This document shows, piece after piece, positions 1 to 12,490 of a stretch of DNA of 64,000 nucleotides (positions are counted from its first letter, which is position 1; every line of letters starts with the position of its first letter). The notes under the pieces are model-generated. The model was not told the origin of the DNA, did no database searches, and was given only the letters and a program-made list of their open reading frames with translations. Both the position numbers and the translations under genes were made by a program. The DNA is from Chiloscyllium plagiosum (Eukaryota), in NCBI RefSeq assembly GCF_004010195.1, contig NC_057750.1, positions 15,750,545 through 15,814,544 of the forward strand, in the 5' to 3' direction.

Positions 1-78
1 AGCCTTCTGAACATAAATTTGCCATTGCTAAGTTGTAAACCAATTGTGTGCAGGATCAGACAATGTTTGATTGCTTAC

Positions 79-178
79 CAACATAAGCCACTCTGTCCGT
101 CACCATGTACTTGTTGTGATTGACTCGTGCATAGGGAATGCTACTTTGTTCCGGTGTTGCTGGCACCACGAAAATTCT
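79..178 (-). CDS. PLD3: PLD3 coding exon with the second HKD motif ([34 protein letters not shown]); penultimate exon, terminal exon is outside the window
   Basis: 100 nt; acceptor ttcttgcag|AGA and donor G|gtaagc on the minus strand; peptide matches the PLD3 [14 protein letters not shown] signature; phase 0 start fits the preceding exon. Confidence 0.95.
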
Positions 179-754
179 CTGCAAGAATGAAGCAGGAAGA
201 ATTATTGTGCTTCCATTGCAAAGCACCTCCAACTGTGCAAGTTGGAGTGGTAGTAATGACAGGTCCTGAATGTTAGTGTGAGTAGGTTCAACAGCCCACC
301 AGTGCATTGCTGAGTAACAGAGGGCATGGCAATAAAGTAACAGAGGGAATGGGTTAGAACATCTTCTTCGGTGCTGAAGGAGATGTTCTAACCCATGGCA
401 GAGGCCATGGAGTTGGGAGGAACGGTGCAAGAAATTAGTCATTGCATCAATAAATAGCAGAAAAGCTGCAAAGGACCATAGAGACTTGGGGGATCCAAGG
501 ACACAAATCTCTGCAAATTGCTGGACAGTGCAAACAATCATTTGAAAGTCTAACTGAATGCTCAACCTTATCTAAGGGGCTTAAATACAAAATGGGTGAA
601 AGTTATGTAGGCTCTAGATGGCACCCCTATCTAGAATATTGTAATCCATTCTAGGTGTGCATCATAGGAGAAATATTTTGGTGTTGGAGGGCATTCTGGT
701 AGGTTTAACTGACTCAGAACCAGATTTAAAAGGTTTACAGGTTTTTGCATTAGG

Positions 755-873
755 TGGTCAGATGAAGGAGCAGTGATCTGAAAGCTAGTGCTTCCAAATA
801 AATGTTGGACTACAACCTGGTGTTGTGTGACTTTTATTTGTATACCCAGTCCAACACCGGCATCTCCAAATCA
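755..873 (+). mobile_element. Short PLE-derived element, family B (tail ccagtccaacaccggcatctccaaatca), degenerate hammerhead
   Basis: Homologous to copies at 4984, 45473, 46379, 48830 and 63156; cagatgaaggagcagtgatctgaaagcta has a mutated core. Confidence 0.7.
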
Positions 874-902
874 TCTTTAAGTGGGGGGGGTAGGATGCAG
901 GG

Positions 903-948
903 ATGTGGTGGTGGTGGCGGCGGCAGTAGTGGTGGTGATGGTGCTGGT
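903..948. repeat. (GGT/GGC/AGT)n trinucleotide microsatellite
   Basis: Visible triplet run; explains the poly-His/poly-Thr ORFs. Confidence 0.9.
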
Positions 949-1152
949 AATATTTCCGATATAGATCACTAGAAAGGAAATGATGTAATCCACGATGTGA
1001 TTCCGATTTAGTCTCAGGTTTATTTGAGGAAGCAACTGATTCAGACACGTATAGTTCACCAGTTACTCAAATAAGTGAGCTTGTGTCCTTTAGTGTTAAC
1101 CAATCTCTTATTTTTAAAAGACAAAGAAGTCCAGGACAACAGGAAAGTAGAA

Positions 1153-1416
1153 TTTAGATTAGATTAGATTCCCTACAGTGTGGAAACAGGACCTTCGGCC
1201 CAACAAGTCCACACTGACCCGCCGAAGCGCAATCCACCCAGACCCATTCCCCTACATTTACCCCTTCACTTAACACTACGGCAATTTAGCATGGCCAATT
1301 CACCTAACCTGCACATGTTTGGACTGTGGGAGGAAACTGAAGCACCCGGAGGAAACCCATGCAGACACAGGAAGAATGTGCAAACTCCACACAGTCAGTC
1401 GCCTGAGGCGGGAATT
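1153..1416 (-). mobile_element. HE1-type V-SINE, young, 5'-truncated, (TCTAA)n tail
   Basis: V-domain gtgggtttcctccgggtgct...ggtttcctcccacagtccaaa on the minus strand; CR1-like 3' tail. Confidence 0.85.
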
Positions 1417-1483
1417 AAATTTGAGGCCAACATCAGATCAGCCTTGATCTTATTGAATAGCATGTGGAAAGAGATTGCATGAC

Positions 1484-1830
1484 GTGGCAGCGCGGTTGCT
1501 CAGACGTTAGCATAGCACCAGCAGCCCAGGTTCAAGTCCAGTCTTGGAAGACTCTGTACAGAGTTTGCATGTTATCCCATGTCTGCGTGGGTTTCCTCTG
1601 TGTGCACCAGTTTCCTCCCACAAATCAAAAATGTGCAGGTTAGATGGAGTGACCATGCTAAATTACCCCATAGTGTCCAGGGATGTGCAGGCTAGCTGGT
1701 TTAGCTAAGGTAAATGCGGGGTTACAGGGATAGAGTGGAGAGTCGGTCTGAGTGGGATGCTCTTTGGAGGTCCTTGCAGACTTGATGGGCCGAATGGCTT
1801 CCTTCTGCACTGGAGGGATTCTATGATTCT
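1484..1830 (+). mobile_element. HE1-type V-SINE, older full-length copy
   Basis: Degenerate A box and B box (ggttcaagtcc), V-domain, attctatg tail. Confidence 0.85.
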
Positions 1831-2412
1831 AAGTGATTATATGACTTGATGATCAGATCAGGCTACCTTCCACCACCTCCCAACTGCTCTATAAGAAGGG
1901 GGAAAAGCAAAGGCAAAAAAAGAATAGAATGGCTGATCTTAACGTTAAGATTAAGAAGCAACTTAATTCTAATTCTGGAGGAGTCTAGAAGAAGGGGATA
2001 TAACATTAAAGTTCAAGCCAGACTATTCATGGGTGATGTTAGGAAGCACTTTGTCACAGAGGGAAGTGGAACTTTTTACCCCCCCACCCAAACCCCCCAA
2101 TAAAGCTGTTCATGTTGGAAGTCAATTGAAAATGTTAAGGATGTGATCAATAGATTTTGTTAAACAAGGGTATTGGGGGTTACAAAACCAAGATCGGGAT
2201 TAAAATATAGAGCAGTCACAAAGTTAATTGAAAGGCAATACAGGACGGAGTTTGAATGACTTCCATCTATTTGAATTTCCAAATGACATTTTCAAACTTT
2301 GCTAAGTCAAAAGACAAATCCAAAAGCACATTATAAATTGGATGCATTCTCTATAATGGGACCCATCAAAGCTGCTTTCTGAATTCATGCTTTTCAATGT
2401 TTATTCACTCAC

Positions 2413-2578
2413 CACTTCCACATTTAGATGGCTCTCATGACTCTTCAGAGCTGCCAGTGACCGGAGGAAAGGGAACATGGATGGGTTGGAGTGTGACCAG
2501 CAGCTAATTAGGAGCCGTACTTTCACTTTCCGTTCAAATGCAGCCTTCCGCAGATGCGTGTCAATATCTGGCCAGTAT
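2413..2578 (-). CDS. PLD3: PLD3 coding exon (YWPDIDTHLRKAAFERKVKVRLLISCWSHSNPSMFPFLRSLAALKSHESHLNVEV)
   Basis: 166 nt; acceptor ttggtag|A, donor GTG|gtgagt; KVRLLISCW motif typical of PLD3; phase 2 start completes the Arg codon from the upstream exon. Confidence 0.95.
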
Positions 2579-3183
2579 CTACCAATGAAGGTGAAATTGT
2601 TATTAGGCAGTGCCAAGCTTGCCAACTAATCACCAAGGACCCCCGGGGTTGTACCCATCCTAAGGTTCATTGAGTCACATTGATTTGCATGTTGCAAATA
2701 AAGTAGATTTTGTCATTTATGTAATAGTGTTCATATCCTCAAGATAGAGCAAAGAAAGGCTATTCAACCCATCTACTCTGCTTTGCCATTCAACGAGATC
2801 ACAGATAATCCGATAACCCTTGACTCCACTTTCCTGCCTTTTCCCCATAATCCTTGACTCCCTTACTGATAAATAAAAGGCTACTCTTAGCCTTTAATAT
2901 ACTTAATGAGTCAATCTCGACAGTTCTCTGTAGAAAAAAATTCCACAGATTCACCACTCTGGAGAAGAAATTCCCCCTTATCTCTTATTCTGAGATCATC
3001 TGGTCCTAGACTCTCTGACGAGAAGAGACAACCTCTCCACACCTACCCTCTCAAGTCCACCTCTCATGTCCTAAATTCCAATCAGTATGGGCCCAAACTA
3101 CTCAACCTCTCCTCATAGGACAATCCCTCCTACCTGGGATCAACTAGTGAACCTTCTCTGGACTGTCTCCAATGCCAGCATAT

Positions 3184-4330
3184 ACAGTCAGAGTTGGATA
3201 GCATGGAAACAGACAAGGGCCAACTCATCCATGCCAACCAGATATCCTAAATTAAGCTAGCCCCATTTGCCAGAATTTAGCCCACATCCCTCTAAAACAT
3301 TCTTATTCGCATTCCTAACCAGGTGCCTTTTAAATGCTGTAATTGTACCAGCTCCACCACTTCCTCTGGCAGCTCATTCCATACATGTACCACTCTCTGC
3401 ATGAAAAAGGTCCTTTGAAATCTTTCCCCTCTCACCTTAAACCTATGCCCTCTAGTTTTGGACTCCCGACCCTGGGAAAGAGACCTTGGTTAATCACCCT
3501 ATCCAGGCTCCTCAATTTTATCAACCTCTATAAAAGTCACCCATCAGCCTCAGACACTCCAGTGTAAATAGCCCCACCCTATTCAGCCTCTCCCTATAGT
3601 TCAAACCTTCCACCCTGGCAACAGCCTTATACAATCTTTTCTGCATCCTTTCAAGTTTAACAATATATTTTCAATAGCAGGAAGACCAGAATCAAATGCA
3701 ATATTTCAAAAATGACCTAACCGATGTCCTGTACAGCCGCATCATGTCATCCCAACTCAATGATCCGACCAATAAAAGCAAGTGTACCAAATGCCTTCTT
3801 CACTACCCTATCTGCGATGCCAACTTCAATGAAATAAGAACCTGCAACCCAAGGTCACTGTTCAGCAACACTCGCCAGAACTCTACCCTGGCAGCACGTT
3901 GACTGTGATTAGCACTGCTGCCTCACAGTGCCAGGGACCCCAGTTCGATTCCAGCCTCGGGTGACTGTCTGTGTGGAGTGTGCATATTCTTACCGTGTCT
4001 ACGTGGGCTTCCTCAGAGTGTTCTGGTTTCCTCCCGCAATCCAAATATGTGCAGGTTAGGTGACTTGGCTATGCTAAATTGCCCATAGTGATCAGGGATG
4101 TCTACGTTGGGTGCATTAGTCCAGGGTAAATGTAGAGTAGTAGGGGAATGGGACTGGGCTGGTTACTCTTCGGAAAGTCAGTGTGGGCTTGTTGGCCAGT
4201 TTCCGCACTGTAGTAATTCTATAATGCCACTAAGTGTGTAAGTCCTGCCCTGATTTGCCTTACTAAAATCTGACACCTGACATTTATCCAAAACGAACTC
4301 CATCTGCTACCCCTCACCCAATCGGCCCAA
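3184..4330 (-). mobile_element. CR1 LINE 3' fragment with a nested plus-strand HE1 SINE (about 3890-4222)
   Basis: Reverse complement of the CR1 3' region at 37000-37820; LINE sequence resumes after the SINE. Confidence 0.8.
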
Positions 4331-4983
4331 AGTTATCTGATCTTTGTTCTAGGGTCAGTTAGTGCGGTACAATTGACTACAACAAGGCCATCATAAAATA
4401 AATCATATTTTAAGACTTTCGTATTATAAATGCTTGTTCATATTTAAAATAAAGTGAAATTAGTACAATTTCCTAATTTATCAACTTTTTTCAACCTTTT
4501 ACTTATAGGTATTGTGGTTTGAGAGACAAATTAATGTATTTTGACACATCCTCTCATTGTGATGATGGGCTCAGTGGTTATTTTCCCAATCAACAGTACA
4601 ATTCACAAAGCTCGGCAAATATTTAATTTGTTTTACTTTCAAAGCATACTGCAAGTTAATTTCAATAGCCTCTAGGATTTTCAGTTAAATTTAATTCTCT
4701 TCAGTAATAGGGCATGTTTAAATTTTTCCAGTTGCACTATAAGTGGCAAATTTTGTTATAGTAGAAACTGATTTTTAGTTTATTTTGTTCCCTCTACTGG
4801 TCACTGAAAATATGCAATTTGTGCAGAAGCCAAATTTTTCTCTTCTCGTGTAAAAATTTATAAGCATTCATGTAAGCATGCTGATTTTAATGAAAGGATT
4901 GTTTAAAATGGAGAGTTTTGTAAATATAATGAAATCTTTCCTGTGATATAAGGTTGATTAAGTATTTAATGAATCTTATGACT

Positions 4984-5143
4984 TGAAGGAGCCGGTGTTG
5001 GACTGGGGGACAAAAGTTAAAAATCACAACACCGGGTTATAGTCCAACAGGTTTATTTGGAATCTGAAGAAGCAATACTTCGAAAGCTAATGCTTCCAAA
5101 TAAACCTGTTGGACTATAACTTGGTGTTGTGTGATTTTAACTT
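4984..5143. mobile_element. Family B PLE-derived inverted (hairpin) insertion with hammerhead core ctgaaga...gaaagcta at 5064-5089
   Basis: ttatagtccaacaggtttatttggaa (to 5062) is the reverse complement of ttccaaataaacctgttggactataa (from 5094). Confidence 0.75.
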
Positions 5144-7011
5144 AAATATCTTAGATAAGGAGCCCAAGACTGTTCACAGTATGAACATTCTAATTGTTTA
5201 ACAGCCAAAAAAGCAGAGTTTTGAAGTGAGATAACACCCTTAGCATTCCACTTAGGGGAAACTGAATTGTTTATGTTCCCCCTAATTGTTTAAGGTCCCC
5301 CTAACAGATAATCAGTGGTTTTGGTTTAACTTCTCATCAGAAGGATGGGTAAAGAGATAGGTTGATTGAGCCTATGAACATGGTGTGGAGCTGGTCACAA
5401 GTGCATACTTCTCAGGCAGAGAGTTCCCACTGAAGGGGAAGTTCAAAAACAATAGATCGAATGTGATAAAAAGTAGAGGTGGCCAGAGCAGTGACTGATG
5501 GAACTTAATATCGAAAGAACAGAAGCAAAAGTCCTCTCTGTGCATGGAGTTAAAATGACTGAGGATGAAGCCAAAGGGGATGTAGAGGTCTTGTTACTCA
5601 AACACAGAACAATTTAAACTCACAAATCAAGCAAGAAAGTAAGTCAGAACAAACTATTCTTTAGTGAATGCTCAGGCAATGGTTTCTAAACTGTGAGTCA
5701 TGACTCCAATTGATATCAGACAAACATTGAGTAGGATTGCAAACTCTCCCTCCTCCAGAACTGCATCATTCAGTGGCACTAAGGCCCAGGTGGCACTCAA
5801 ACTGCCTCTTGTCCTGCTCATCACCCAGTCACTTTCTTTCTGGACCATGGGCTCCTGCCCATGGCTGCTTCATCAAATCTTGAAATCCAGCGGCAACTAC
5901 AAGTACAGTGCTGGTGATTCCACTACTGAGCCAAGGCCCGTCTCAGTCCAACCGTTAAACTGGGTCTGCAGAATGACCTGAGCTCAAAAATCAGTCATCT
6001 CAAGACCCTTAACTATTTCTTGGACCAGGTCTGGAGCAGTTCAGGTAAAGCAAATTGACTGCTGAGAACTAAAATAACATTTTCACAAAATAGTTTAATC
6101 ATTATATGCCAAATGGAGCAGTTTATGAAATAATAATTGGTGAGTATGTAAAATAACATTTAACAAAATATTTTGAAAATACATTCAAATTTATGTTTTA
6201 TGTTGACCTATAATGTCCAAACGTATTATTTAATTAATAATAAATAATTTAACGTGTTATTGCTAGCATTTTATTGCTCTTCTGTTTTTACCAGTGTTTA
6301 TGTTGATTCTCAAAAATTAAAATGAGAATGCATTGGAAAATTGTTTGTACAGTTTCATAGTTTTGTCAGCACCAGTGACTAAAATTGCACAATAGTTTTA
6401 TGCAGAGACAGAGTTTAATGATGAAAGGAGTGAGCCTTTGACTTAGCTCAGTGCTGTCCAATAAAGATTGCTCACTCAGCATAATTATATTAAGTGCATT
6501 TCAAGACTTTCCATATCGTGTGTGTCATTAGTTCCACAATGCATACTGTGAGAGTGGAAGTCAACCATGCTACGGGCTACAGAGGTAGCATTGGGGTGTT
6601 CATGGGTCGCTTGACAAAGTGGACTAGTATGAGGATTGAACAGAGGGGTGAGAGCTCCAGAAGCTAGATTAGATATAGCTTTACTTACAATTTAAGACCA
6701 AGTCCCAGACAATTGTGGTAGGCTTTCTAACCAACCTGTCTTCCCAAATCTGAACTGCCCCCAATGGTAGTTAACTAAGTACATCTACCTTCCCAGAATG
6801 AAAACATGGTGGTTGGGTTCCTTATAATAAAGGCAGGTGTTGAAAGTAAATATGCAACTCAAGCTTCCTGCCTCGATAGGTGAAAATCTGGCCCAGAGCA
6901 ACTAAAAAAGAAACCAAGCATTGCTGATACACATAAAAACAAACATTTGTATATGCAAACACACACAAACAGGATGATCTACACTGTCTACATTTAAGGA
7001 CTGTCATTTAC

Positions 7012-7151
7012 CTTCTGGGATAAGAGAACACAGTTACTGGAATATAATTCATGACTGCCACATGCACAAACTTTTTTGCATCATCGATGATACTGAGAAT
7101 GGAGGCAAGGTCCTCAGTCCGTCCATCTGGGCACAATGCACGGGGAGAGCT
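7012..7151 (-). CDS. PLD3: PLD3 coding exon (SSPRALCPDGRTEDLASILSIIDDAKKFVHVAVMNYIPVTVFSYPR); not shown in the ORF track
   Basis: 140 nt, translated by hand; acceptor ttttcag|AGC, donor AG|gtaaat; LCPxGRTxDL and VAVMNY motifs. Confidence 0.95.
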
Positions 7152-7709
7152 CTGAAAATGGAAAAGGAACCAGGACATCAAGACAACTCAATCCGATTTA
7201 TAGGACAGCCAGACCAACACTATTAGGGGGGGGACAGAAGCATAATACATCAGTCCCGCAGAACTATTCCACTATTCAATGAGATCCTGATTGATGTTTT
7301 ACCTCAACTTGATCTTCCCACCATATACCCCTTGAATCCTTGAGTATCAAGACACTCTGATCTGTCTTGAAAACAATGTCTGAAAATCCACAACTCTCCA
7401 AGTATCCACCTTGCCTACCTTTTACCAGTGCTATCGGCTTCAGAAAGATGTCCTTCCATTTTCTAAACCCCAGAGAATAAAAGCCTCGCCTGGTCATTCC
7501 CTCCACAGAGGACAAACCCTTCATCCCAGGAGTCAACTGCCTGAACATTTGTGGCATGCTGTCTAGGACAAGCAGATCGTTCCTTAAGGAAGGAGACCAA
7601 AATCGAACAGTATTCCAAGTATGGTGTCACTAAGAACCATAATACGATGGCAGAAAGACTTGGTTACTTATATTCTCCAATCCCTTTGTAAAAGCTATAT
7701 AACATTAGG

Positions 7710-8015
7710 GAGGCAGTTATCCAGGATTCTAGGCAACTGTTCTGAGGGTATGCGTTCAAATCCCATGAGATGGTGAAATTTGAATGCAATGAAAATCTGG
7801 AATAAAAAGCAAATCGAATAATAGCTGCATAACAACTGTTGATTGTCATAAAAACCCACCTTGTTTACTCATGCCCTTTAAGGAACGAAATCCGCTGTCC
7901 TTACCTGGCCTACACGTAACTCCAGACCTACAGCAATGTGGTTGACTCTTAACTGCCCTCGAGGTAGTAACAGATGGGCAATAAATGATGGCCTAGCCAG
8001 CAACACCCACATCCC
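7710..8015 (+). mobile_element. Second SINE family (core cccatctggttcactaatgtcctttagggaaggaaatctg); other copies near 11845-12065 (+), 15080-15330 (-), 24490-24860 (-), 36160-36440 (-), 39070-39430 (+), 52150-53000 (+, interrupted), 56770-57010 (-)
   Basis: Repeated many times in the window; B-box-like gttcaaatccc; tail gggcaataaatg shared with a LINE 3' end. Confidence 0.65.
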
Positions 8016-8076
8016 ATGTAAAAAGAAAAATATAGCTTTTTATTCTTGCATTTCAACTTTGAGATTTTTTTTTTAG

Positions 8077-8378
8077 ATTAGATTTAGATTAGATTACATT
8101 ACAGTGTGGAAACAGGCCCTTCGGCCCAACAAGTCCACACCGACCCGCCGAAGCGAAACCCACCCATACCCCTACATTTACCCCTTACCTAACACTACGG
8201 GCAATTTAGTTTGGCCAATTCACCTGACCCTGCACATCTTTGTGACTGTGGGAGGAAACCGGAGCACCCGGAGGAAACCCACGCAGACACGGGGAGAACG
8301 TGCAAACTCCACACAGTCAGTCGCCTGAGGCGGGAATTGAACCCGGGTCTCTGGCGCTGTGAGGCAGCAGTGCTAACA
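8077..8378 (-). mobile_element. HE1-type V-SINE, young copy
   Basis: B box ggttcaattcc, intact CpG-rich V-domain, (TCTAA)n tail. Confidence 0.88.
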
Positions 8379-8778
8379 CCAGTAGCTGGTAGCATAGCAG
8401 TAATGTCAATAAACTAGTAATCCAGAGAAACAGACTAACTGCCTAGAACCCATCTGGTCCACCTTTATCCCTGATCTGTCTATTACCATGCACAATTACG
8501 CTGGTCACAAAATAATGCGCTTGATGTTTGAAACTTCTAGAAACAGTCAAAACAATTCAGGTACTCCTACATACCAAACCACTTCAGAAATGTTGCTAGA
8601 TGTTCATACAACTGCTCACCATGAATTTCTCTATTAGGTCCATCCACATCTCATGAACAAATAACAAAATAGCCTGACTAGCAAGGGAACTAACTCTCAA
8701 CTGCTCAACACCTGTCCTGCATCTATGCAGATCCCATGAAAACCACTGGAAGAAACAGGCAACGTTTAGGAAGCTTAC

Positions 8779-8979
8779 TGAGAAATAGACACTGGCTGGA
8801 CTGTCGTTGAGCTCCAGCACCATAGGGTTTTTCTCATTGTAGAATGTTGAGTAATTACTAGGCCATGGAGATGGGATGCTGCTGTTGTGCCCACCGAGAT
8901 TCCAGTACTCCTCGAAAATTTTGCCCAGATCCTCAGCCAGTTGGCTGCAGTTGAAGATAATGGCTCCCAGCTCCTTAAC
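8779..8979 (-). CDS. PLD3: PLD3 coding exon (VKELGAIIFNCSQLAEDLGKIFEEYWNLGGHNSSIPSPWPSNYSTFYNEKNPMVLELNDSPASVYFS)
   Basis: 201 nt, phase 0/0; acceptor ttgacag|GTT, donor TCA|gtaagc; VKELG..NCS.LA.DL.KIF..YW motif; several N-x-S sequons consistent with a luminal glycoprotein. Confidence 0.95.
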
Positions 8980-9589
8980 CTGTCAAAGGTGAGAATGTCA
9001 AGGTAAGGAAATCTGGCAAACGTTAGCAATTGGGTGTTGAGCACCTTGGAAACAAAGCTCCTTTTTTTTAAGAAAGGAATTTACAGGAAACCCTTCACAT
9101 ACCCAAAATGCCCCAAAGTGACACAAGAATGTAACCCCAAGGCACTTACAGAAGCATTATGTAACAAAGTGTTATGTCGAGCCACGTAAGATGACCAGAA
9201 TTTTAGCCAAAGAAACTTGTTTTAAATGGGGGCCACAAAGAAGGAGCATGAGGTAGAGATAAGGAGAAATTTAGGGAGGGAATTCCAGTGCTTCTGGTTC
9301 AGACAGCTGAAGGTCTGACTATTAACAGTGAACAATTAGAAATAGGGATCCATGAAAGGCTAGGATGAGAGGAACAGAGAGATTTCAGAGATTTGAGAGG
9401 TTGGATGAAATTACTGAGATAGGGAGAGGGTGGGACATGGATAGATATGCTAACAAGGACACAACTAAAAACTATTAACCTCAACCCAGAGCACTGAAGG
9501 GCAGGAGCAATTCTCCTGACTCCAAAATAATGCCCCTCGCTAATATCCTGACAAATTACTTTTGACTCCATACGTTTGAGCCATAGGCA

Positions 9590-10000
9590 CAGGCTGAATA
9601 GGCTTGGGCTATTTTCCTTGGAGCTTTAAGGGGGATTATAAAATGAGAAGCACAGATAGGGCAAATAAGCAAGGTATTTTCCTGGGGGGTGGGGTGGGGG
9701 AGGAGTGGTAACTAGAGGGCATAGGTTTAAAGTGAGGGAGAAAAGATTTTAGAAAGGGTACCCAAGGGGCAACCTTTTCATGCAAAGGGTGGTATGTGTA
9801 TGGAATGAGCTGCCAAAGGAAGTGGTGGACGCTGATACGATTACAATATTTAAAAGGCATCTGAATGGGTATATGAATAGAAGGGTATACAGAGATATGG
9901 ACCAAGCCCTGGCAAATGGGACAAGATTAATTTAGGATATCTGGTCAGCATGGACAAGTTGGACTGAAGGGTCTGTTTCCATGCTGTACATCTCTAGGAC
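9590..10000 (+). mobile_element. CR1 LINE 3' end
   Basis: Matches the CR1 3' region at 37430-37820 (TRGHRFKVRG-type coding end, gaagggtctgtttcc tail). Confidence 0.85.
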
Positions 10001-10638
10001 TGTCTATTTGCACCCTCAAGTTGATCCCACCATCTGCCCTCCACAAATGATCATTCTTCCCTCTTCTGTTAATTGCTGGCAGATTGACGCCAAGAGGCAA
10101 TGTACCTGGGGTCGACTCTTCCCAGTCCTGAAACCCAGTTCATGCCATTTTGACTTTTCCTGTGAAATCTCTAGACAAATCGTCACCAAGCAGTGAGCAA
10201 ACGTGCATGGCAAAAAGGAAAAAGAACACCATGTTGAAGCTTTTTGCCTTATGCTCATCAAGGCAGAATTGCAAGAATGCCAAACTTGAAAGGAAACATG
10301 AGAAAAAGGCACTGACTGGATGGCAAATGGACTTTAATTGATTGAGGCTTTGGTCTAGAGATTGTACCAGGGAACAGTTAATTGCGAAGCATTTGTTTTT
10401 AAAGCAGGCACATCAACGCTATTTAGTCAAGGTTTTCATGAAGATGCCCCAGGGAATGGTCATGCCCCATACTCATTTGAAAAGGTACAATGGAAAGGAC
10501 AGCAATTTGAGTGTGCATATATCTCATAACTTCTTTGCATGTATTGAGAGCTTGATATTTTCAGGTTTTGCCATTAGAGATAAGAGTGCTGACACTTCAC
10601 ATCTTAAGCTGTGCCCATCCACAGCTTTTCCTCAGTAC

Positions 10639-10766
10639 CTGAGTCAACGATCTCCAATCCATATTGGCACTTCCAATGTATACATGTTTCCTGTCAACAA
10701 TCCAGAATTTTGTATGTAGAACTCCAGCCGTCAGTCTGGCCATGTCCACAACTGTAAACTTTGCTC
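10639..10766 (-). CDS. PLD3: PLD3 coding exon with the first HKD motif ([43 protein letters not shown])
   Basis: 128 nt; acceptor tcaacag|GA, donor CAG|gtactg; HxKxxxxD followed by [12 protein letters not shown]. Confidence 0.96.
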
Positions 10767-11319
10767 CTGTTGATAGAAAAAACACACGGTCCCAATAATC
10801 ACATGTGCTATGTTCACTTGACAGTCAACGAAGAACTTTCTTTTTTAATATACAAGTCAAGGGTGTCAGGGGCGAGGCTAGATTTCTTGCCCATCCCTAA
10901 ATAACCCTGAGAAGGTGGTAATGAGCCATCTCCTCGAACCACTGCAGTGCGTGCAGTATGGGTAAACCCGTAATGCTTTTAAGGAGAGTGTTCCAGGAAT
11001 TTGATGTAGTGACAGTGAACAAACGGTGATATAATTCCAAGTCAGGACTGCTTGTATGCAGGTGGAGTGGAAATTGCAGGTGGTGGTTTTTCACTGGATC
11101 TATTGCCATCATCTTCCTTGGTGGAAGAGATTATGCATTTGGCAATCTTGTCACAGGTGCCTTGGTGAGTTACTGCAATGCACCTTGTAAATAATACATT
11201 GTTGCTATAGTTGCATTCATGGAGGAACTGAATGTTGCAGGTGGCAGCTGGAATGCTGATTAAGTAGGTTGTTTGGTCCTGAATGGTAGTGAGTTTTGTT
11301 AGGACCATCAGGTCTTCCC

Positions 11320-11640
11320 AAAGTTCTTAATAGCTAATGAAATACTTTTGAAGTGCAGTTAGTGCTGTAATATTAAAAACACAGCAGTCAACTAAGCACT
11401 GCAAACTCCACCAAAACAGGGAATATGATAATGAGCAGGTAACTGCTCTATTGAAGATAGTGGGATAGAGTGAGCGTCCATCTGAATATTGTCATAAGTA
11501 CATTTATCTGAGAGGCTTCTTTTACCTGATTTACAGTCTCATCTAAAATATAATAACTTCCAACACTGCAGTGCTTCCTCAGTACTGCACTGGAGCATCA
11601 GGCTACACTTGGTGCTCAAGTCTCCAGAGCAGGGCTCAAC
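11320..11640 (-). mobile_element. DeuSINE-like (SacSINE1/AmnSINE-related) element; related pieces near 13140-13310 (-), 19070-19340 (-), 51770-51870 (+)
   Basis: Minus strand reads tccagtgcagtactgaggaagcactgcagtgttgga...agatgagac, which I recognise as DeuSINE-type sequence; homologous to 57170-57815. Confidence 0.55.
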
Positions 11641-12168
11641 TTCACAATCTTGAACATGAGTTGGGGGACACTCCATTATTCCACAACTGACTGACAGAAA
11701 GCTAAGTGGCAGGGAATTAAATACTAGTCCAAAGAAGCCATTGTGCCTTTGACACCACTACTTTGACAGAACAATCCAACTGGTCCTATACAGTGGCTCT
11801 GTAATCAGAGCCCTGAAGATGCTCCCTTCATGCGTTTATTGGCAAGTGGTAGCTTAACGATAATGAAGGCTAGTGTAACAGTGACCATTTAACCATTGCT
11901 GATTGCCATAAAAACCCATCTGATTCACTAATGTCCTTTAGGGAAGGAAATCTGCCATCCTTTTCTGGTCTGATCTACACATAATTCCAGACCTTTAGAA
12001 ATGTGGATAACTTAATTACCCTCTGATTAATTAAGGATGGGAAACAAATGCAGTGATGCCCACATCAGATGTTTAAATTTAAAAAAAGATTCTTGAAAAA
12101 AACAATGACTCAAATCAGCACTCAAACATTTTGGAAAACTATCACAAGTCAAACCTAAGTAAATGTAC

Positions 12169-12286
12169 CATTCTTCTCCAGAAGATGCAGGTCATTCAGA
12201 GTTCCTGTCCTCGATGGTTTACTGACAGCGATACGGACATTCAGAACCTTAGAAACTTCTTTCAATTTCTGCAGAACTTCTTCACC
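12169..12286 (-). CDS. PLD3: PLD3 coding exon (GEEVLQKLKEVSKVLNVRIAVSKPSRTGTLNDLHLLEKNG)
   Basis: 118 nt; acceptor cccttcag|GGT, donor G|gtacat; GEEVL and NVRIAVSKP match PLD3; phase 1 end joins the next exon in frame. Confidence 0.92.
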
Positions 12287-12490
12287 CTGAAGGGGACAAG
12301 TTATTTATCAAAACTGGAAGTGTAGCAAAGAGTGAACAACATGACAGAGTTCAGGATAGACAAACGCAGCAAAAGTGCAGATGATATATTTGGTCAGAAT
12401 ATTAAAATGGTCGATACAAATTTAATTCTTTTTCGAAAATTGCTCTTGGACATGCTGCTGAGTAGACCAGTGTTTATTGGCCGTGCCTAA

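Noticed and set aside
179..565. N-terminal part of the 169-aa ORF 56..565
   Set aside because: Intronic read-through; only 79-178 resembles PLD3 and is bounded by splice sites
785..1059. Poly-His and poly-Thr ORFs
   Set aside because: Translation of a trinucleotide microsatellite next to a repeat
5677..6620. Possible hAT/Charlie DNA transposon remnant (caatggtttctaaactgtg start)
   Set aside because: No matching second terminal inverted repeat or 8-bp TSD found
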